Under the pieces are notes generated by a model, which worked only from the letters and a program-made list of their open reading frames with translations, made no database searches and was not told the DNA's origin. 64,000 nucleotides of DNA from an uncultured Chloroflexia bacterium (GTDB lineage: Bacteria > Chloroflexota > Chloroflexia > QHBQ01 > JADMIH01), in assembly GCA_963797095.1 (NCBI GenBank), contig CAWCNY010000003.1:64001-128000 (forward strand). Reading direction: 5' to 3'. The position numbers and the translations under genes are program-made. How positions within the stretch are numbered: position 1 is the first letter of the stretch; every line of letters begins with the position of its first letter. Below, piece by piece: positions 40,382 through 50,978 of the stretch.

Positions 40382-42829
40382 TTACTCACCGTTTCTATTC
40401 GCGCCTGAAATGCCGAGCGCGAACCCAAGAGCCACGTCCATGCCCATTGGGCGACCGCTTTCCTGGGCGTCCTGCCATACCTGGGCGTCAAGGTCTGCTC
40501 GGACGGCCGCTTCGATCTCTTCCCTATCACGCTGATCGTTGGGGTCGAAAAGCGTGCCGCCGAAAGCCGCCAGGGCGTTGCCTGCTCCTATCAGCCGGGC
40601 TGCTTTTCGGGCGTTGCCCTCCGCCCGCTCGATCCCGGCCCAGACGAAGAGACCAGTAGCGAAAGGATAGGGCGACGCCAACTCGCGGAAAAGATGCAGA
40701 GCCTCGCTCAGCAGCTCTTTCGCGCGCTCATACTCCCTGCAATGGTAGAGTACAAAGGCCAGGCTCATCGCCTCCACCGCCACACCTCGTTTATTGCCTA
40801 CCTCGCGGTTCAAAGCCAAACATTTCTCAAAGAAATCGATAGCGCGGGGGTAGTCGCGTTCCGACCTGGCCGCCTCGCCCATGCTGCTCAGCGCTACCGT
40901 CATGCCCTCGTTGTCTCCTATTGCTCGAGAACGTTCGAGACTCTCATCGAGTAAGGCCCATGCTAGTTCTCTATCACCCGGCAGATTCATTTCGTGTATC
41001 AGATGCGCCACTACACGGAGCGCTCTGACGATCCCCTGCTCGTTGTTCAGCGCCCTGTAGACCCGCAAGCACTCCTCGGCCATTACCCTGCAAAGGGGGT
41101 ACTCCCTCGTTCGCCATAGCACCGAGAGCGCGGCGTGCAAAGCCCTGGCTCGGACAAGAGTAGGCTTCAGCGTGTCCCCCACCAGTGACCGCTCCGGGAT
41201 CCGACCGAGCCACCATCTACCCTCGCGCGGGTAGTGGTCGATCCAGAAGGGCCTGAGTGCGCCACCAAACCGGAGGGCGATATCCTCTTCGCCTCGCGCC
41301 AGCGACCACGCTAGCGCGGCCACGGTGTTGCTGTGCTCGCTCTCAAGACGCCCCACCCAGTCAGTTTGCTCCTGCCCCCTCAGGTGGGGTTCGGCGCGCT
41401 CGACCAGGCTCAGGAAGTAGGCCGCGTGCTTTCGCCTTATGTCTTCCGCCTCGTCACTCTCACCCAATCCTTCCAGCGCATATTCTCCTATCAACTCCAG
41501 CATCGTGAAACGGCGCTCCTGGCCCCTGGTCTCGTCACTGACGATGGTGCGCTTCAACAAACTCTTCCCCAGCAGCGATTCAATGCCATCGGTAGCATCT
41601 GGTCCGCACACTGCCTCGGCTGCCTCCAGCGTAAAGCCTCCCACAAACACGCTCAACTGGGATAGGAGCCGCCGCTCGTGAAGTTCCAGAAGTTCGTAGC
41701 TCCAGTCGATGGCCGCGCGCATCGTCTGTTGGCGCGCAGGAAGGTGCGCGAAATGCCTGTGGCGCGCGGGGTTGGCCAGCAAGCTCAACTGCTTATCCAG
41801 GCGAGCAGCCATATCGGCCACCGAAAAGAGCGATACACGGGCCGCTGCCAGCTCGATAGCCAGAGGCAGACCGTCCAGACGCGTGCAGACCGTGGTTATG
41901 TCAGAGGCATTTCGCTCGTTCAATGAGAAGGATGGGTCGACCGCACGCGCTCGTTCCAAGAACAGGGCAATGGCAGGGTAGCTCGGCAGGGTCGCCACAG
42001 CGGGCATGCGTACAGGATTGGGCAACTCGAGAGGAGCGAGCGGTAATTGCTGCTCTCCCATAACATGAAGGGCTTCGCGGCTGGTTACAAGGATTTTCAG
42101 ATGCGCAGACGCGTTGAGTATATCGACCACCAGCGGCGCGGCGTCCAACACCTGCTCGAAGTTGTCGAGCACCAGCAGTACCGTCTTACCGGCCAGGAAA
42201 TGCTTGAGCGAGTCTTGTACAGTCTGGCCACCGCTCTCTGCCAGTCCAATAGTGGCGGCGATTGCCGAGGCCACCGCAGCGGGATCGCTTATGGGGGCTA
42301 ACTCAGAAAAATAGACGCCGTCACTGAAATGCCCTACCAGATTTGCCGCTACTTGCAGGGCCAGGCTAGTCTTACCTATGCCGGGTGCCCCGGTCATAGT
42401 CAGCAGATGAACGTCATCCCTTAGCAGATAATCGCAAGCAGCAGCTACGTCCTTCTCGCGCCCAAACAGCGGTCTGAGGAGCGAAGGCAAATTGGAGGAA
42501 GGCAACCGAGGCATATGCTCGGAGGTCGATGGGAGCGATGTGCCGGTTTGCGACCCATGGCCATTGGCCGATTCGTCCGGCACGGGACCTAGCTCAGAAG
42601 ATTCACCGCGTGCAAAGCTGATAAATTCCTCGTGCTCTTCCGGAGGTATTTTGAGACACTCAGCAAGCCTTTGGGCTACCTGCTTGGAAGGCCGGCGCTG
42701 GCCCACCTCGATCTTATGGATCGTGATTGTGGAGCACCCAACGCGCTCAGCAAGGTCCTCTTGGGTCAGATCAAGGGCACGGCGACGCTGCTTGAGCCAT
42801 ACGTTGAAGGAGATATCCTCTATCCCCAT
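40382..42829 (-). CDS. XRE-HTH / STAND (NB-ARC-like) ATPase / TPR transcriptional regulator
   Basis: HTH LTQEDLAERVGCSTITIHKIE, Walker A GAPGIGKT, LLVLDNFE, GLPLAIELAA, C-terminal TPRs; the ORF can extend to 42883. Confidence 0.9.
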   Translation of the reverse strand: MGIEDISFNVWLKQRRRALDLTQEDLAERVGCSTITIHKIEVGQRRPSKQVAQRLAECLKIPPEEHEEFISFARGESSELGPVPDESANGHGSQTGTSLPSTSEHMPRLPSSNLPSLLRPLFGREKDVAAACDYLLRDDVHLLTMTGAPGIGKTSLALQVAANLVGHFSDGVYFSELAPISDPAAVASAIAATIGLAESGGQTVQDSLKHFLAGKTVLLVLDNFEQVLDAAPLVVDILNASAHLKILVTSREALHVMGEQQLPLAPLELPNPVRMPAVATLPSYPAIALFLERARAVDPSFSLNERNASDITTVCTRLDGLPLAIELAAARVSLFSVADMAARLDKQLSLLANPARHRHFAHLPARQQTMRAAIDWSYELLELHERRLLSQLSVFVGGFTLEAAEAVCGPDATDGIESLLGKSLLKRTIVSDETRGQERRFTMLELIGEYALEGLGESDEAEDIRRKHAAYFLSLVERAEPHLRGQEQTDWVGRLESEHSNTVAALAWSLARGEEDIALRFGGALRPFWIDHYPREGRWWLGRIPERSLVGDTLKPTLVRARALHAALSVLWRTREYPLCRVMAEECLRVYRALNNEQGIVRALRVVAHLIHEMNLPGDRELAWALLDESLERSRAIGDNEGMTVALSSMGEAARSERDYPRAIDFFEKCLALNREVGNKRGVAVEAMSLAFVLYHCREYERAKELLSEALHLFRELASPYPFATGLFVWAGIERAEGNARKAARLIGAGNALAAFGGTLFDPNDQRDREEIEAAVRADLDAQVWQDAQESGRPMGMDVALGFALGISGANRNGE

Positions 42830-42906
42830 CTTCCTTCTACCTCTCACATCGCGCATTGCAGAATGCAGCTTACCAATCGGCAAGCAGTAGGACGTTCAGG
42901 CCCACC

Positions 42907-42976
42907 TGTATGAGCGTTTGTACCAGTGATGTATGGGCAGCAGTATGAACAATTATATCCGATTGCGTGCAACAAT
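42907..42976 (+). promoter_or_regulatory. Operator 1: four direct repeats plus a -10-like hexamer upstream of the peptide gene
   Basis: TGTATGAGC (42907), TGTACCAGT (42919), TGTATGGGC (42930), AGTATGAAC (42942); AACAAT at 42971. Confidence 0.7.
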
Positions 42977-43055
42977 ATGCGCGAGGTAAGCAGGCTTCAA
43001 CGGTATTGAACTATCCGCTGAAGCCCCACAGGGTTCCAAAGGGAGGTGAACAACA

Positions 43056-43133
43056 ATGAAGGCCATTATCAAATACGCCCGCTACGCTCTCGCATCGCTG
43101 GCGACAATTGGCTTCAAACTCTCTTCCAACTGA
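43056..43133 (+). CDS. 25-aa candidate precursor/signal peptide MKAIIKYARYALASLATIGFKLSSN
   Basis: Below the ORF-track cutoff; near-perfect RBS AAAGGGAGGTGA just upstream; basic n-region, hydrophobic core, polar tail; hairpin at 43204-43239 downstream. Confidence 0.75.
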   Translation: MKAIIKYARYALASLATIGFKLSSN

Positions 43134-43365
43134 GCGTCAGTAAGTGCCACGGAGTAATCCATCCTGCACCTTGGCATGGACATGGATCGTACACGATCGA
43201 AGTGGGCACTGCCATGTGATATGGGGTGCCCCTTTCTCTATGCAACCATCGACCTTGTTCCCATCTGCAAATGCGCTGCCTGCAGCTATTCAACGTACAT
43301 TGCCAGGACTTCCGTCCCATGATGATCTGTGCGAGTACACTCGTCACTCAATCCAGGAGCACTCA

Positions 43366-44919
43366 GTGATTGAGACTGCTTTCGCGCAACTTCGTTTCGC
43401 AGCCTCACTGCTCTTTGGTATTCGCTTCAGCCAGCGCGCGCTCGACAAAATGATAGACGCCATGCTCGCCACTCGTCAGGAGTTCGGCGCTCTAGGGGAG
43501 GAAGCGCGTGAACTCACTACCGGCCCCACACTGGACGAGGAGACCCGCCGCGACATGCAGCTTCGTCGCTTCCGTAAGCAGGCGACCCGCGCAGCTAACC
43601 AGACGCCTTACTACGGGGAGTTATTCAAGCAGCTAGAGCTGGAGCCGGCAAGATTGAGTTGGAAAGAGGTGCTGCGCATACCTCTCACTCCCAAAGAGCA
43701 CATGCGCGACCGCCCAGGCGACTTCGTCTGTCGGGATGCTCGCCCCGTCTTCCGGACTACCACCACCGGCACGACAGGCTGGCCCACCAGTGTCTCCTTC
43801 TCTGCCTATGAGATGGGCACCTATATAGCCCTGGGAGCAATCGGTCTGCTCAATGAGGGCACTGTCACGGGCGAGGATATTGCCATCATCAGCACCAGCT
43901 CGCGGGCAACGCTGGGCAACCTCTGCGCGGCCGGGGCATTGGCTCGGATAGGAGCACTAGTGTTCAATGGCGGCCTGGTAGATCCCGCCTTAACATTGGC
44001 GCTCCTATCCGAACGACACCGAATCCCTGGGAAGCGAGAGCGAGTGAGCTTGATGGTCACTTATCCCTCGTACCTCGGCGACGTAGTGGAGTGCGGGCAG
44101 CGGTTGGGATACTCGCCGTCCGACTTCGGGGTGCGACGTATCAATGTGAGCGGGGAGATAGTCACCGCGGGGCTGCTGGCCCGCGCGCGCAAGCTCTTTG
44201 GGGATGGCATAGAGTTCGAGAGCGGCTACGGGATAACGGAACACTGGCCTCTAACCGGCATGCTCTGCGAGCAAGACCACCTGCACTTCGAGCCTTCTCA
44301 TGGCCTGATTGAGGTGTACAACCACGAAACTCAGGCGCTTGCCCAGCCGGGTGAGTATGGCACAATCGTGTCTACCCCTTTCTGGCCTCTCAGAGAAACC
44401 ACCCTTGTCATTCGCTATGACACTCAGGACTTAGTGCGCGTGTTCGATGGCCCATTTACATGCCATCTAGAGAACTTGCCCGCCGTATCGAACGTGCGCG
44501 GCAAGCTGAAGCTAGCGGTGAAGCACGAAAGCGGTTGGACATTTCCGCGTGACATCATGGAAGCGTTGGAGGGAGAAGATCTGGCGGACGAAGTGCCGTT
44601 GCCTGCTCGCTTCAGCTTCTGGGCGGTGCCTGGTGGGGTTGCCATAGACACTGTAGTCCGGCGGGGAGCGGACCCGAAGGCAACCAGCCGCCAGGTGACG
44701 AACGCCTTGCAAGAGCGGGGCGTACCCGTTCGGGAGTTGCATCTGATTACCGACAAGAGCCGGCTTCGCAATCCGCTCCCTCTGCGAGGCGACCTGAGGG
44801 AGACTTCGTTTAGCACGTCTAGTATGCCAAGTAAGACCTCCCAAGCGTTGGAAACCCTGCGTCGGGACTCTGAATCAGTAAACCACGTTCCGAGCGATCC
44901 GCTAGCAGTGGGCAAGTAA
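43366..44919 (+). CDS. Phenylacetate-CoA-ligase (PaaK)-like adenylate-forming enzyme
   Basis: P-loop TTTGTTGWP, YGITE, RYDTQD motifs; AGGAG RBS before GTG 43366. Confidence 0.85.
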   Translation: MIETAFAQLRFAASLLFGIRFSQRALDKMIDAMLATRQEFGALGEEARELTTGPTLDEETRRDMQLRRFRKQATRAANQTPYYGELFKQLELEPARLSWKEVLRIPLTPKEHMRDRPGDFVCRDARPVFRTTTTGTTGWPTSVSFSAYEMGTYIALGAIGLLNEGTVTGEDIAIISTSSRATLGNLCAAGALARIGALVFNGGLVDPALTLALLSERHRIPGKRERVSLMVTYPSYLGDVVECGQRLGYSPSDFGVRRINVSGEIVTAGLLARARKLFGDGIEFESGYGITEHWPLTGMLCEQDHLHFEPSHGLIEVYNHETQALAQPGEYGTIVSTPFWPLRETTLVIRYDTQDLVRVFDGPFTCHLENLPAVSNVRGKLKLAVKHESGWTFPRDIMEALEGEDLADEVPLPARFSFWAVPGGVAIDTVVRRGADPKATSRQVTNALQERGVPVRELHLITDKSRLRNPLPLRGDLRETSFSTSSMPSKTSQALETLRRDSESVNHVPSDPLAVGK

Positions 44920-44920
44920 G

Positions 44921-45781
44921 ATGGAGAGCCTAACCTCTTCACGGCTGGTAGTGTTAGCCTTCGCCTTCGCTGCTATCGCTCTGAGCTGGCTTTACTTTCG
45001 CCGCTTCCAGGTCACCCGACCGCCCATCGGCGTGTTCAACCTGACCGACATAGGCATCGTGGTAGGGGGCTTAATCCTGGTGCCGTACTTATATCTGCTC
45101 TTACCTCTCTGGCTGATTGCCGGGCTGCTGACTCTGGGTGCTTTGAGTGTGATCTACTTTCTTTGGGAGCCGGTGCTGCGAGGCCGTCTGTTGGTCTGGC
45201 TGGCAACTCTCGCTCTCTTATGCGCCGATATCTGGGCTGCGCTGCAATTCGGTACAAGCAGCAACGGCTTCTTCATTGTGAATAACATTGTCCTGCTTGC
45301 TATGGTAGTGGGCTTGTCCAACCTGTGGGCGCAAAGTGGTATGCGAGCTAGAGACGTGATGATCCTGGGCAGCTTTCTCATGTTTTACGACCTGACTGCC
45401 ACCTGGCTGCTTCCCGTCATGAGCGACATGATGCTGCGGCTGGCGGGTTTGCCGCTCTCACCCATGTTCGGGTGGGGCATTGGACGCAACAGCGACAGTG
45501 CGAGCGGGAGCGGCCCATTGGCAAGTGTGGGCCTGGGGGACCTGTTGCTGGCCTCAGTGTTCCCCCTGGTTATGTACAAGGCTTTTGGGCGCGCCGGGAG
45601 CTGGGTGGCGATGGTGATAGCACTGGGAGCTATCTCAGCTATCATGCTGGCGCATATAGCAGACACATTCCCCTTGATGATTGTGCTCGCCCCTCTCATG
45701 ATAGCTCAATACGTCTACTGGTCGCGTATGAAGGGCCGTGAGCGCACCACCAGGCAGTATCTGCAGGCTGAGCCGCTGTAG
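44921..45781 (+). CDS. Polytopic membrane GxGD aspartic protease (presenilin/signal-peptide-peptidase-like)
   Basis: About 9 TM segments; FLMFYD and VGLGDLL aspartate motifs; FPLM in the position of the PAL motif; starts 2 bp after the ligase stop. Confidence 0.72.
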   Translation: MESLTSSRLVVLAFAFAAIALSWLYFRRFQVTRPPIGVFNLTDIGIVVGGLILVPYLYLLLPLWLIAGLLTLGALSVIYFLWEPVLRGRLLVWLATLALLCADIWAALQFGTSSNGFFIVNNIVLLAMVVGLSNLWAQSGMRARDVMILGSFLMFYDLTATWLLPVMSDMMLRLAGLPLSPMFGWGIGRNSDSASGSGPLASVGLGDLLLASVFPLVMYKAFGRAGSWVAMVIALGAISAIMLAHIADTFPLMIVLAPLMIAQYVYWSRMKGRERTTRQYLQAEPL

Positions 45782-45818
45782 CGTGGGTGATAGTGGCCCC
45801 TATCCCCTCAGGCTCTGT

Positions 45819-45888
45819 TGTATGGGCTTTTGTATGGGTGGTGTATAGGTGAACGTATGCGCAAACTTGCCTAGGAATGCAGCACAAT
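45819..45888 (+). promoter_or_regulatory. Operator 2: four direct repeats plus a -10-like hexamer
   Basis: TGTATGGGC (45819), TGTATGGGT (45831), TGTATAGGT (45842), CGTATGCGC (45854); CACAAT at 45883. Confidence 0.72.
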
Positions 45889-45969
45889 GCAACCAGGTCG
45901 CAGCACTACCAGCAGGTCAACAATCCCAATCAACAGGACGCAACTATGGACGATGAGGAAAGAGGTCAA

Positions 45970-46200
45970 ATGAGCAGTATCCCCCATTACAGTTCATCCA
46001 GGCTTTTCCTCGTGCGGGTGTTGGTGGACGAGACCAGTGGGTGCAAAGGCCAGAGGAAGGCGGAGCGGAGCGGGCGAGTGCAGCATGTGGTCACGGGAGA
46101 GGCTCACGACTTTCGCGGTTGGGCCGAGCTACTGCAATACCTCGACACACTTCTGGACGACCCGCCGAACGCCTGCTCCGATAACGGCAGTAACGAGTAA
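45970..46200 (+). CDS. Small conserved-looking hypothetical protein
   Basis: FLVRV...GRVQHVVTGEAHDF..W.ELL.YL resembles small proteins I recall from Chloroflexota; start placed downstream of the promoter after GAGGAAAGAGG. Confidence 0.6.
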   Translation: MSSIPHYSSSRLFLVRVLVDETSGCKGQRKAERSGRVQHVVTGEAHDFRGWAELLQYLDTLLDDPPNACSDNGSNE

Positions 46201-46284
46201 CGAGTAACAAGTAACCAATCACGAAAAGTAACTACAATATACCGCTATTTCACCCTTGTTGGACGTTTGTTAGGGAGGATCAGG

Positions 46285-49200
46285 ATGGACAAGCACAGGA
46301 ACAGCCTCGACCCACGAACAACCCTGGCTCATTCGCTTTTGCTTCTGAAGGGCATCAGGAAGCATATTCGTGTTCGATTACAAAGCCTCCCGCTCCTGTT
46401 CCTGATCTTGTTTCTCTCAGTTACATCAGGATCGCTTGCTCGCACAGCAAGCGTCTCTGCCATGCGTGCGCCTGCTGGTATTATGCACAATATAGCTGGG
46501 GCAAAGACCGTCGAGTTTGCCTGGCTTGATGGCGGGGGCTTGTTTGAAGTGGCCGCGCAGCCCGTTTGCGCCACTTCCAGTTGCACGAACCCCAGCTTCG
46601 GAGCGGCCACCAATTACAATGTCGGAGCCTACCCCGGCTCAATAGCCAAAAGCGATTTCAATCGGGACGGCAAGATGGACCTTGTCGTTGCGAACTGGGG
46701 CTCAGCGAATATTCGAGAGTTAGTTGGTGATGGCAATGGCGGGTTCGCTTTGACCCTCACGATCGTCGTAGATACGGGAGGCAATTTTCTGAATGTGGAC
46801 GATGTTAACAGGGACGGTAATCCCGATGTCCTTATTGCTCTCTCGAACTCCGGACAGGTAGGGGTATTACTTGGCAACGGTACTGGAGGGTTTGGCCTTG
46901 GCACCTATTATGGTGTCGGCTCCGGTCCATCAGCTGTATCATCAGGCGATTTCAACAGGGACGGCAACCCCGACCTGGCCGTTGCGAACTACTCCTCCAA
47001 CAACATTTCTGTGTTGTTGGGCAACGGCTCCGGCGGGTTCAGCACTGCCGTTTATTTTCCGTCAGGGACTAATCCGGACTCGATTACCGTAGGCGACCTG
47101 AACAAAGACGGCAATCTTGACCTCCTCGCCGCCAACTACGGCTCCAACAGTGTATCCGTTTTGTTGGGTAATGGCTCAGGGGGGTTCAGTGCCGCTGTTA
47201 ACTTCGCTGTGGGCTCGTACCCCGTTTCCGTCACGGTCGGTGATTTCAACAAGGATGATAATCCTGACCTCGCTGCTGCCAATGGGGCAGCCAACACCGT
47301 ATCCATATTGTTGGGCAACGGCACGGGTGGTTTTGGCGCTGCCACCGATTTTTCTGTTGGAGTATCCCCAACCTCTGTGTCCATCGACGACTTCAATCGG
47401 GATGGACAAGCGGATCTGGTGGTTGCCAACGGTGGAGTGAATAATGTGTCGGTGCTCCTGGGCGATGGCGCCGGGAGTTTCGGCATTGCTGTTACCTTTA
47501 CGACAGGTTCGGGCCCCAAATCGCTGGTAACGGGCGACTTCAACAGAGACGGTAGCCCGGACCTGGCGGTTGTCGCCAGTACGTCCAACTCCCTTTCCGT
47601 GCTGCTGAACACCTGCAATCTCGTTTGCCCTTCGCCCACATTTGGCGGTCTCACCCCCTATGCAGCCGGGGTGGGCCCGTTTGAGGGAGCCGCAGGTGAC
47701 TTCAATAAGGACGGGATCCTCGACCTGGCGGTGGCCCGCCGGTATGCCAACAGCGTAGCTATACTCCCCGGCAACAGCAGCGGAGGATTCGGCGCGACCA
47801 CCAACTATGCTACAGGCGCGCAGCCACTAGCGGTGTCAACAGGCGATTTCAACAGAGACGGGAATCTTGATCTCGTAACACCTGATTTCGGGTCCAATAC
47901 CGTGTCGGTGTTGCTCGGCAACGGCTCAGGCGGCTTCGGCACGGCCACAGCTTATACGGTTGGGGCCGGTCCGGAAAGCGTGGTAGTGGGCGACTTCAAT
48001 AGAGACGGGAAGCTCGACCTGGCCGTGGCCTGCTCGGTGGACGGTCTCATCTACGTGTTGATAGGCAACGGCAGCGGAGGCTTCACTGCGGCATCGAGCA
48101 ACGGTGTAAGTTCTTTCCCCATCTTTGTGACAACCGGCGACTTCAATAGGGATGGCATCCTGGACTTGGCTACTGCCGCCTACTCAAGCAACTATGTGGC
48201 TGTGTTACTGGGCAACAGCTCCGGCGGCTTCGCAAGCGCCAGTTACTTCGCTGTTGGTACAAACCCCAGGTCTGTGGCGGTGAGCGACCTCAATCTGGAT
48301 GGCGTCCTCGACCTGACCGCAGCGAACTATGGCTCAAGCGATCTATCGGTCCTGCTCGGCAATGGCTCCGGCGGGTTCGGTGCCGCCACTAACTATATAA
48401 CTGGGTCAAATCCCGAGTCGACCGTAGTGGGCGACTTCAACCGCGATGGAGTTCCGGATGCTGCGGTAGCGGCTGTCTACAGCGATCAGGTTATGCTTGG
48501 CAACGGTAGCGGAGGTTTCGGCACTCCTTCAAGCTATGGTTCGGGTGCGGTTGGAGTGCTGGCAGGGGACTTCAACAGGGATGGCGGCCTCGACCTGGCT
48601 TTCAGTAACTACAACACCAATTCTGTAGATGTGCTGCTGAACGCTTGCGGCACCAACATCCCCACGCCCACCCCCACAGGCACTCCCACTAACACGCCCA
48701 CACGCACGAACACGGTGCCACCTACCACCACTCCCACACGCACCAGCACGGCTGCCAACACGCCAAGCCCGACAAATACACCCACCAACACGCCAACCCC
48801 GACGCCAACCCTGACCAATACAGCTTCGGCAACGCCCACGCGCACGCCTACGCGCATGCCGACATCTTTGCCCACCAACACGCCTACCCATACGAGCACG
48901 CCCCCGCCTACGCAGACTCAGGGCGGCCCATCGGCCACGCCCGTGCCGAGCAATACGCCTACCAGCACCTTTACGGCCATACCAACGCACACGCACACAG
49001 CCACACCGACAGGCACGAATACGCCCAGAATTACGCCCACAGTTACGCCCACTAACACACCTACCAGCACACCTCAGCCCACGCAGACTCAGGGCGGTCC
49101 ATCAGCCACTGCCGTACCGAGCAACACGGCCACAACTGTGCCTACCAATACCCCTGCCGGGACAGCTACCGGCACGCCCACCAGTACCCCCACTACCGTG

Positions 49201-49959
49201 CAGGGCACAACTAATACACCTCAGCCATCCGATACTCCTATCGCCACATCTACTTCCTGCCCGATCCAATTCACCGACGTGCCCCAGAATAGTCCGTTCT
49301 ACTCGTATATCAGGTGCATGGTTTGCCGCGGGCTGGTCAATGGCTACTCGTCGGGCTGCGAGAACGGCAACCCATGCTTCCGACCAGGCAATAACGTGAC
49401 GCGTGGTCAATTGGCTAAGATCGTGGCTAACGCTGCAGGCTTCAGCGACCACATCCCCTCCAGCCAGCAGAACTTTGACGACGTGCTCCCCAGCAACGCC
49501 TTCTGGCTCTACATCGAGAGGGTGTATGCCCACCATGTCATCGCCGGCTACGCAGGAGACGGTGTGACGGTCAACCCATGCACAGGACAGGTGGAACAAA
49601 GCGGGCATATATACTTCCGCCCATGCAACAATGCCACCAGAGGGCAGATAGCCAAGATCGACTCCGTGGCTGCCGGCTACTCTGATGTCATCCCTAGTAG
49701 CCAGCAAACCTTCGATGACGTATCCCTCTCCAACCCGTTCTGGCTCTACATTGAGAGGGTGCACCTGCACTCGGTAATCAGCGGCTACACAGGAGACGGT
49801 GTGACGGTCAACCCATGCACAGGACAGGTGGAACAAAGCGGGCATATATACTTCCGCCCATGCAACAACGCCACCAGAGGGCAAACCTCGAAGATAGTTG
49901 CCAACACGTCCCTCCCTAACTGTGAAACACTAGGTGCCATCGAACAGCCGCGTCGATAG
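46285..49959 (+). CDS. Large cell-surface protein: FG-GAP/VCBS beta-propellers, Pro/Thr stalk, C-terminal SLH-like domains
   Basis: Signal peptide; about 14 GDFNRDG..DLAVAN...[12 protein letters not shown] repeats; PT tract; FTDVP...FRP.NN.TRGQ.AKI repeats. Confidence 0.9.
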   Translation: MDKHRNSLDPRTTLAHSLLLLKGIRKHIRVRLQSLPLLFLILFLSVTSGSLARTASVSAMRAPAGIMHNIAGAKTVEFAWLDGGGLFEVAAQPVCATSSCTNPSFGAATNYNVGAYPGSIAKSDFNRDGKMDLVVANWGSANIRELVGDGNGGFALTLTIVVDTGGNFLNVDDVNRDGNPDVLIALSNSGQVGVLLGNGTGGFGLGTYYGVGSGPSAVSSGDFNRDGNPDLAVANYSSNNISVLLGNGSGGFSTAVYFPSGTNPDSITVGDLNKDGNLDLLAANYGSNSVSVLLGNGSGGFSAAVNFAVGSYPVSVTVGDFNKDDNPDLAAANGAANTVSILLGNGTGGFGAATDFSVGVSPTSVSIDDFNRDGQADLVVANGGVNNVSVLLGDGAGSFGIAVTFTTGSGPKSLVTGDFNRDGSPDLAVVASTSNSLSVLLNTCNLVCPSPTFGGLTPYAAGVGPFEGAAGDFNKDGILDLAVARRYANSVAILPGNSSGGFGATTNYATGAQPLAVSTGDFNRDGNLDLVTPDFGSNTVSVLLGNGSGGFGTATAYTVGAGPESVVVGDFNRDGKLDLAVACSVDGLIYVLIGNGSGGFTAASSNGVSSFPIFVTTGDFNRDGILDLATAAYSSNYVAVLLGNSSGGFASASYFAVGTNPRSVAVSDLNLDGVLDLTAANYGSSDLSVLLGNGSGGFGAATNYITGSNPESTVVGDFNRDGVPDAAVAAVYSDQVMLGNGSGGFGTPSSYGSGAVGVLAGDFNRDGGLDLAFSNYNTNSVDVLLNACGTNIPTPTPTGTPTNTPTRTNTVPPTTTPTRTSTAANTPSPTNTPTNTPTPTPTLTNTASATPTRTPTRMPTSLPTNTPTHTSTPPPTQTQGGPSATPVPSNTPTSTFTAIPTHTHTATPTGTNTPRITPTVTPTNTPTSTPQPTQTQGGPSATAVPSNTATTVPTNTPAGTATGTPTSTPTTVQGTTNTPQPSDTPIATSTSCPIQFTDVPQNSPFYSYIRCMVCRGLVNGYSSGCENGNPCFRPGNNVTRGQLAKIVANAAGFSDHIPSSQQNFDDVLPSNAFWLYIERVYAHHVIAGYAGDGVTVNPCTGQVEQSGHIYFRPCNNATRGQIAKIDSVAAGYSDVIPSSQQTFDDVSLSNPFWLYIERVHLHSVISGYTGDGVTVNPCTGQVEQSGHIYFRPCNNATRGQTSKIVANTSLPNCETLGAIEQPRR

Positions 49960-50978
49960 AGCTAGCCGGGCGCCCTACTGGACGATACACAAGGGCTAAT
50001 GACTTGGACGACGAAGCCTCTTGAAAGGGGAAGCGTCAGGACTCAGAGCGCACTGTCTCGTCTGACGACGTTTCAGTATCCGAATCGTGACTAAATAGTA
50101 CCCGTTGTGCGCTGTTAGGCTGCCATCAGCAGGTATTGCAGGGCACCAAGGCGCTCCTGAAACAGCCGCCGCTGTTCAGATAGAGGCACCTTCTCTTTTG
50201 CCTTTGTTCGGTATCGGAAGTACTGCCGTTGCTCATCGAACGCTCGGCAGAAACGAGAGGCAGAAGCCAAGTTACCGAATCCTCTAGCCCTCATAAGGCT
50301 TCCTTGGCGGTAGTGTCAGATCTGGGACTGCAATTCGTTCCATCGAAACCGATGACTAATAACCACTGGAGGATGATGGGCTAGAGAGGGAAGTATGTAG
50401 CAACCCAATCTAGACAACTGAATGTTCGATGTGGGGTGAGGAAGAACAACCCGATTCCCCACCGTTGAGGTGAACAACGAAATGCCCATCCCCCACGGTA
50501 GCGAACGGTCATCAATCCGTGAAGCGGGGGTGATAGCGTAGATACTCCAAGCCTCAAAGGGGTATCTCGCCTGGCGGGTGGCATATGGGTAGCTTGGCTT
50601 GTAAGAGCGCTGCACACCGAGAGGTGAGCAGTCGAACGTATGATATATCTGTCGTAACTGACAACAAGCTAAAGAGGCTGGCAAGCTTGGCCCAAAATGG
50701 GCAAGGCTAGAGGCTGGCGATATCTCAGTCGTCCAGCATTCACTCTCCCTAAACCCGGCAGACAGTACGACCCTAAGTGCCACGTAAAACGGACATTCGG
50801 AACGAAGTAACCGCCCCTCACTCTCGTGTACGATCAGTATGATCAGTACGATCACGGTCAACTATGCGAGCAGGTGCCAACCGTATGTGGGGGAGAGGTG
50901 GGATTGCCTGAGAAGCGAATGCCTGGGGTAATGCCCAGGATATGCTGACGCAGGCACGGTACTACGGCAGATAGGGTC

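Noticed and set aside
43182-43322. Second short Cys-rich ORF after the peptide gene
   Set aside because: No RBS and it overlaps the hairpin; probably chance.
43366-44919. Assigning paaK and phenylacetate catabolism
   Set aside because: No other paa genes nearby; the context points to a different substrate.
50107-50111. GTGCG as the outer intron 5' end
   Set aside because: About 220 bp upstream of the domain I closing stem; not excluded but structurally unsupported.
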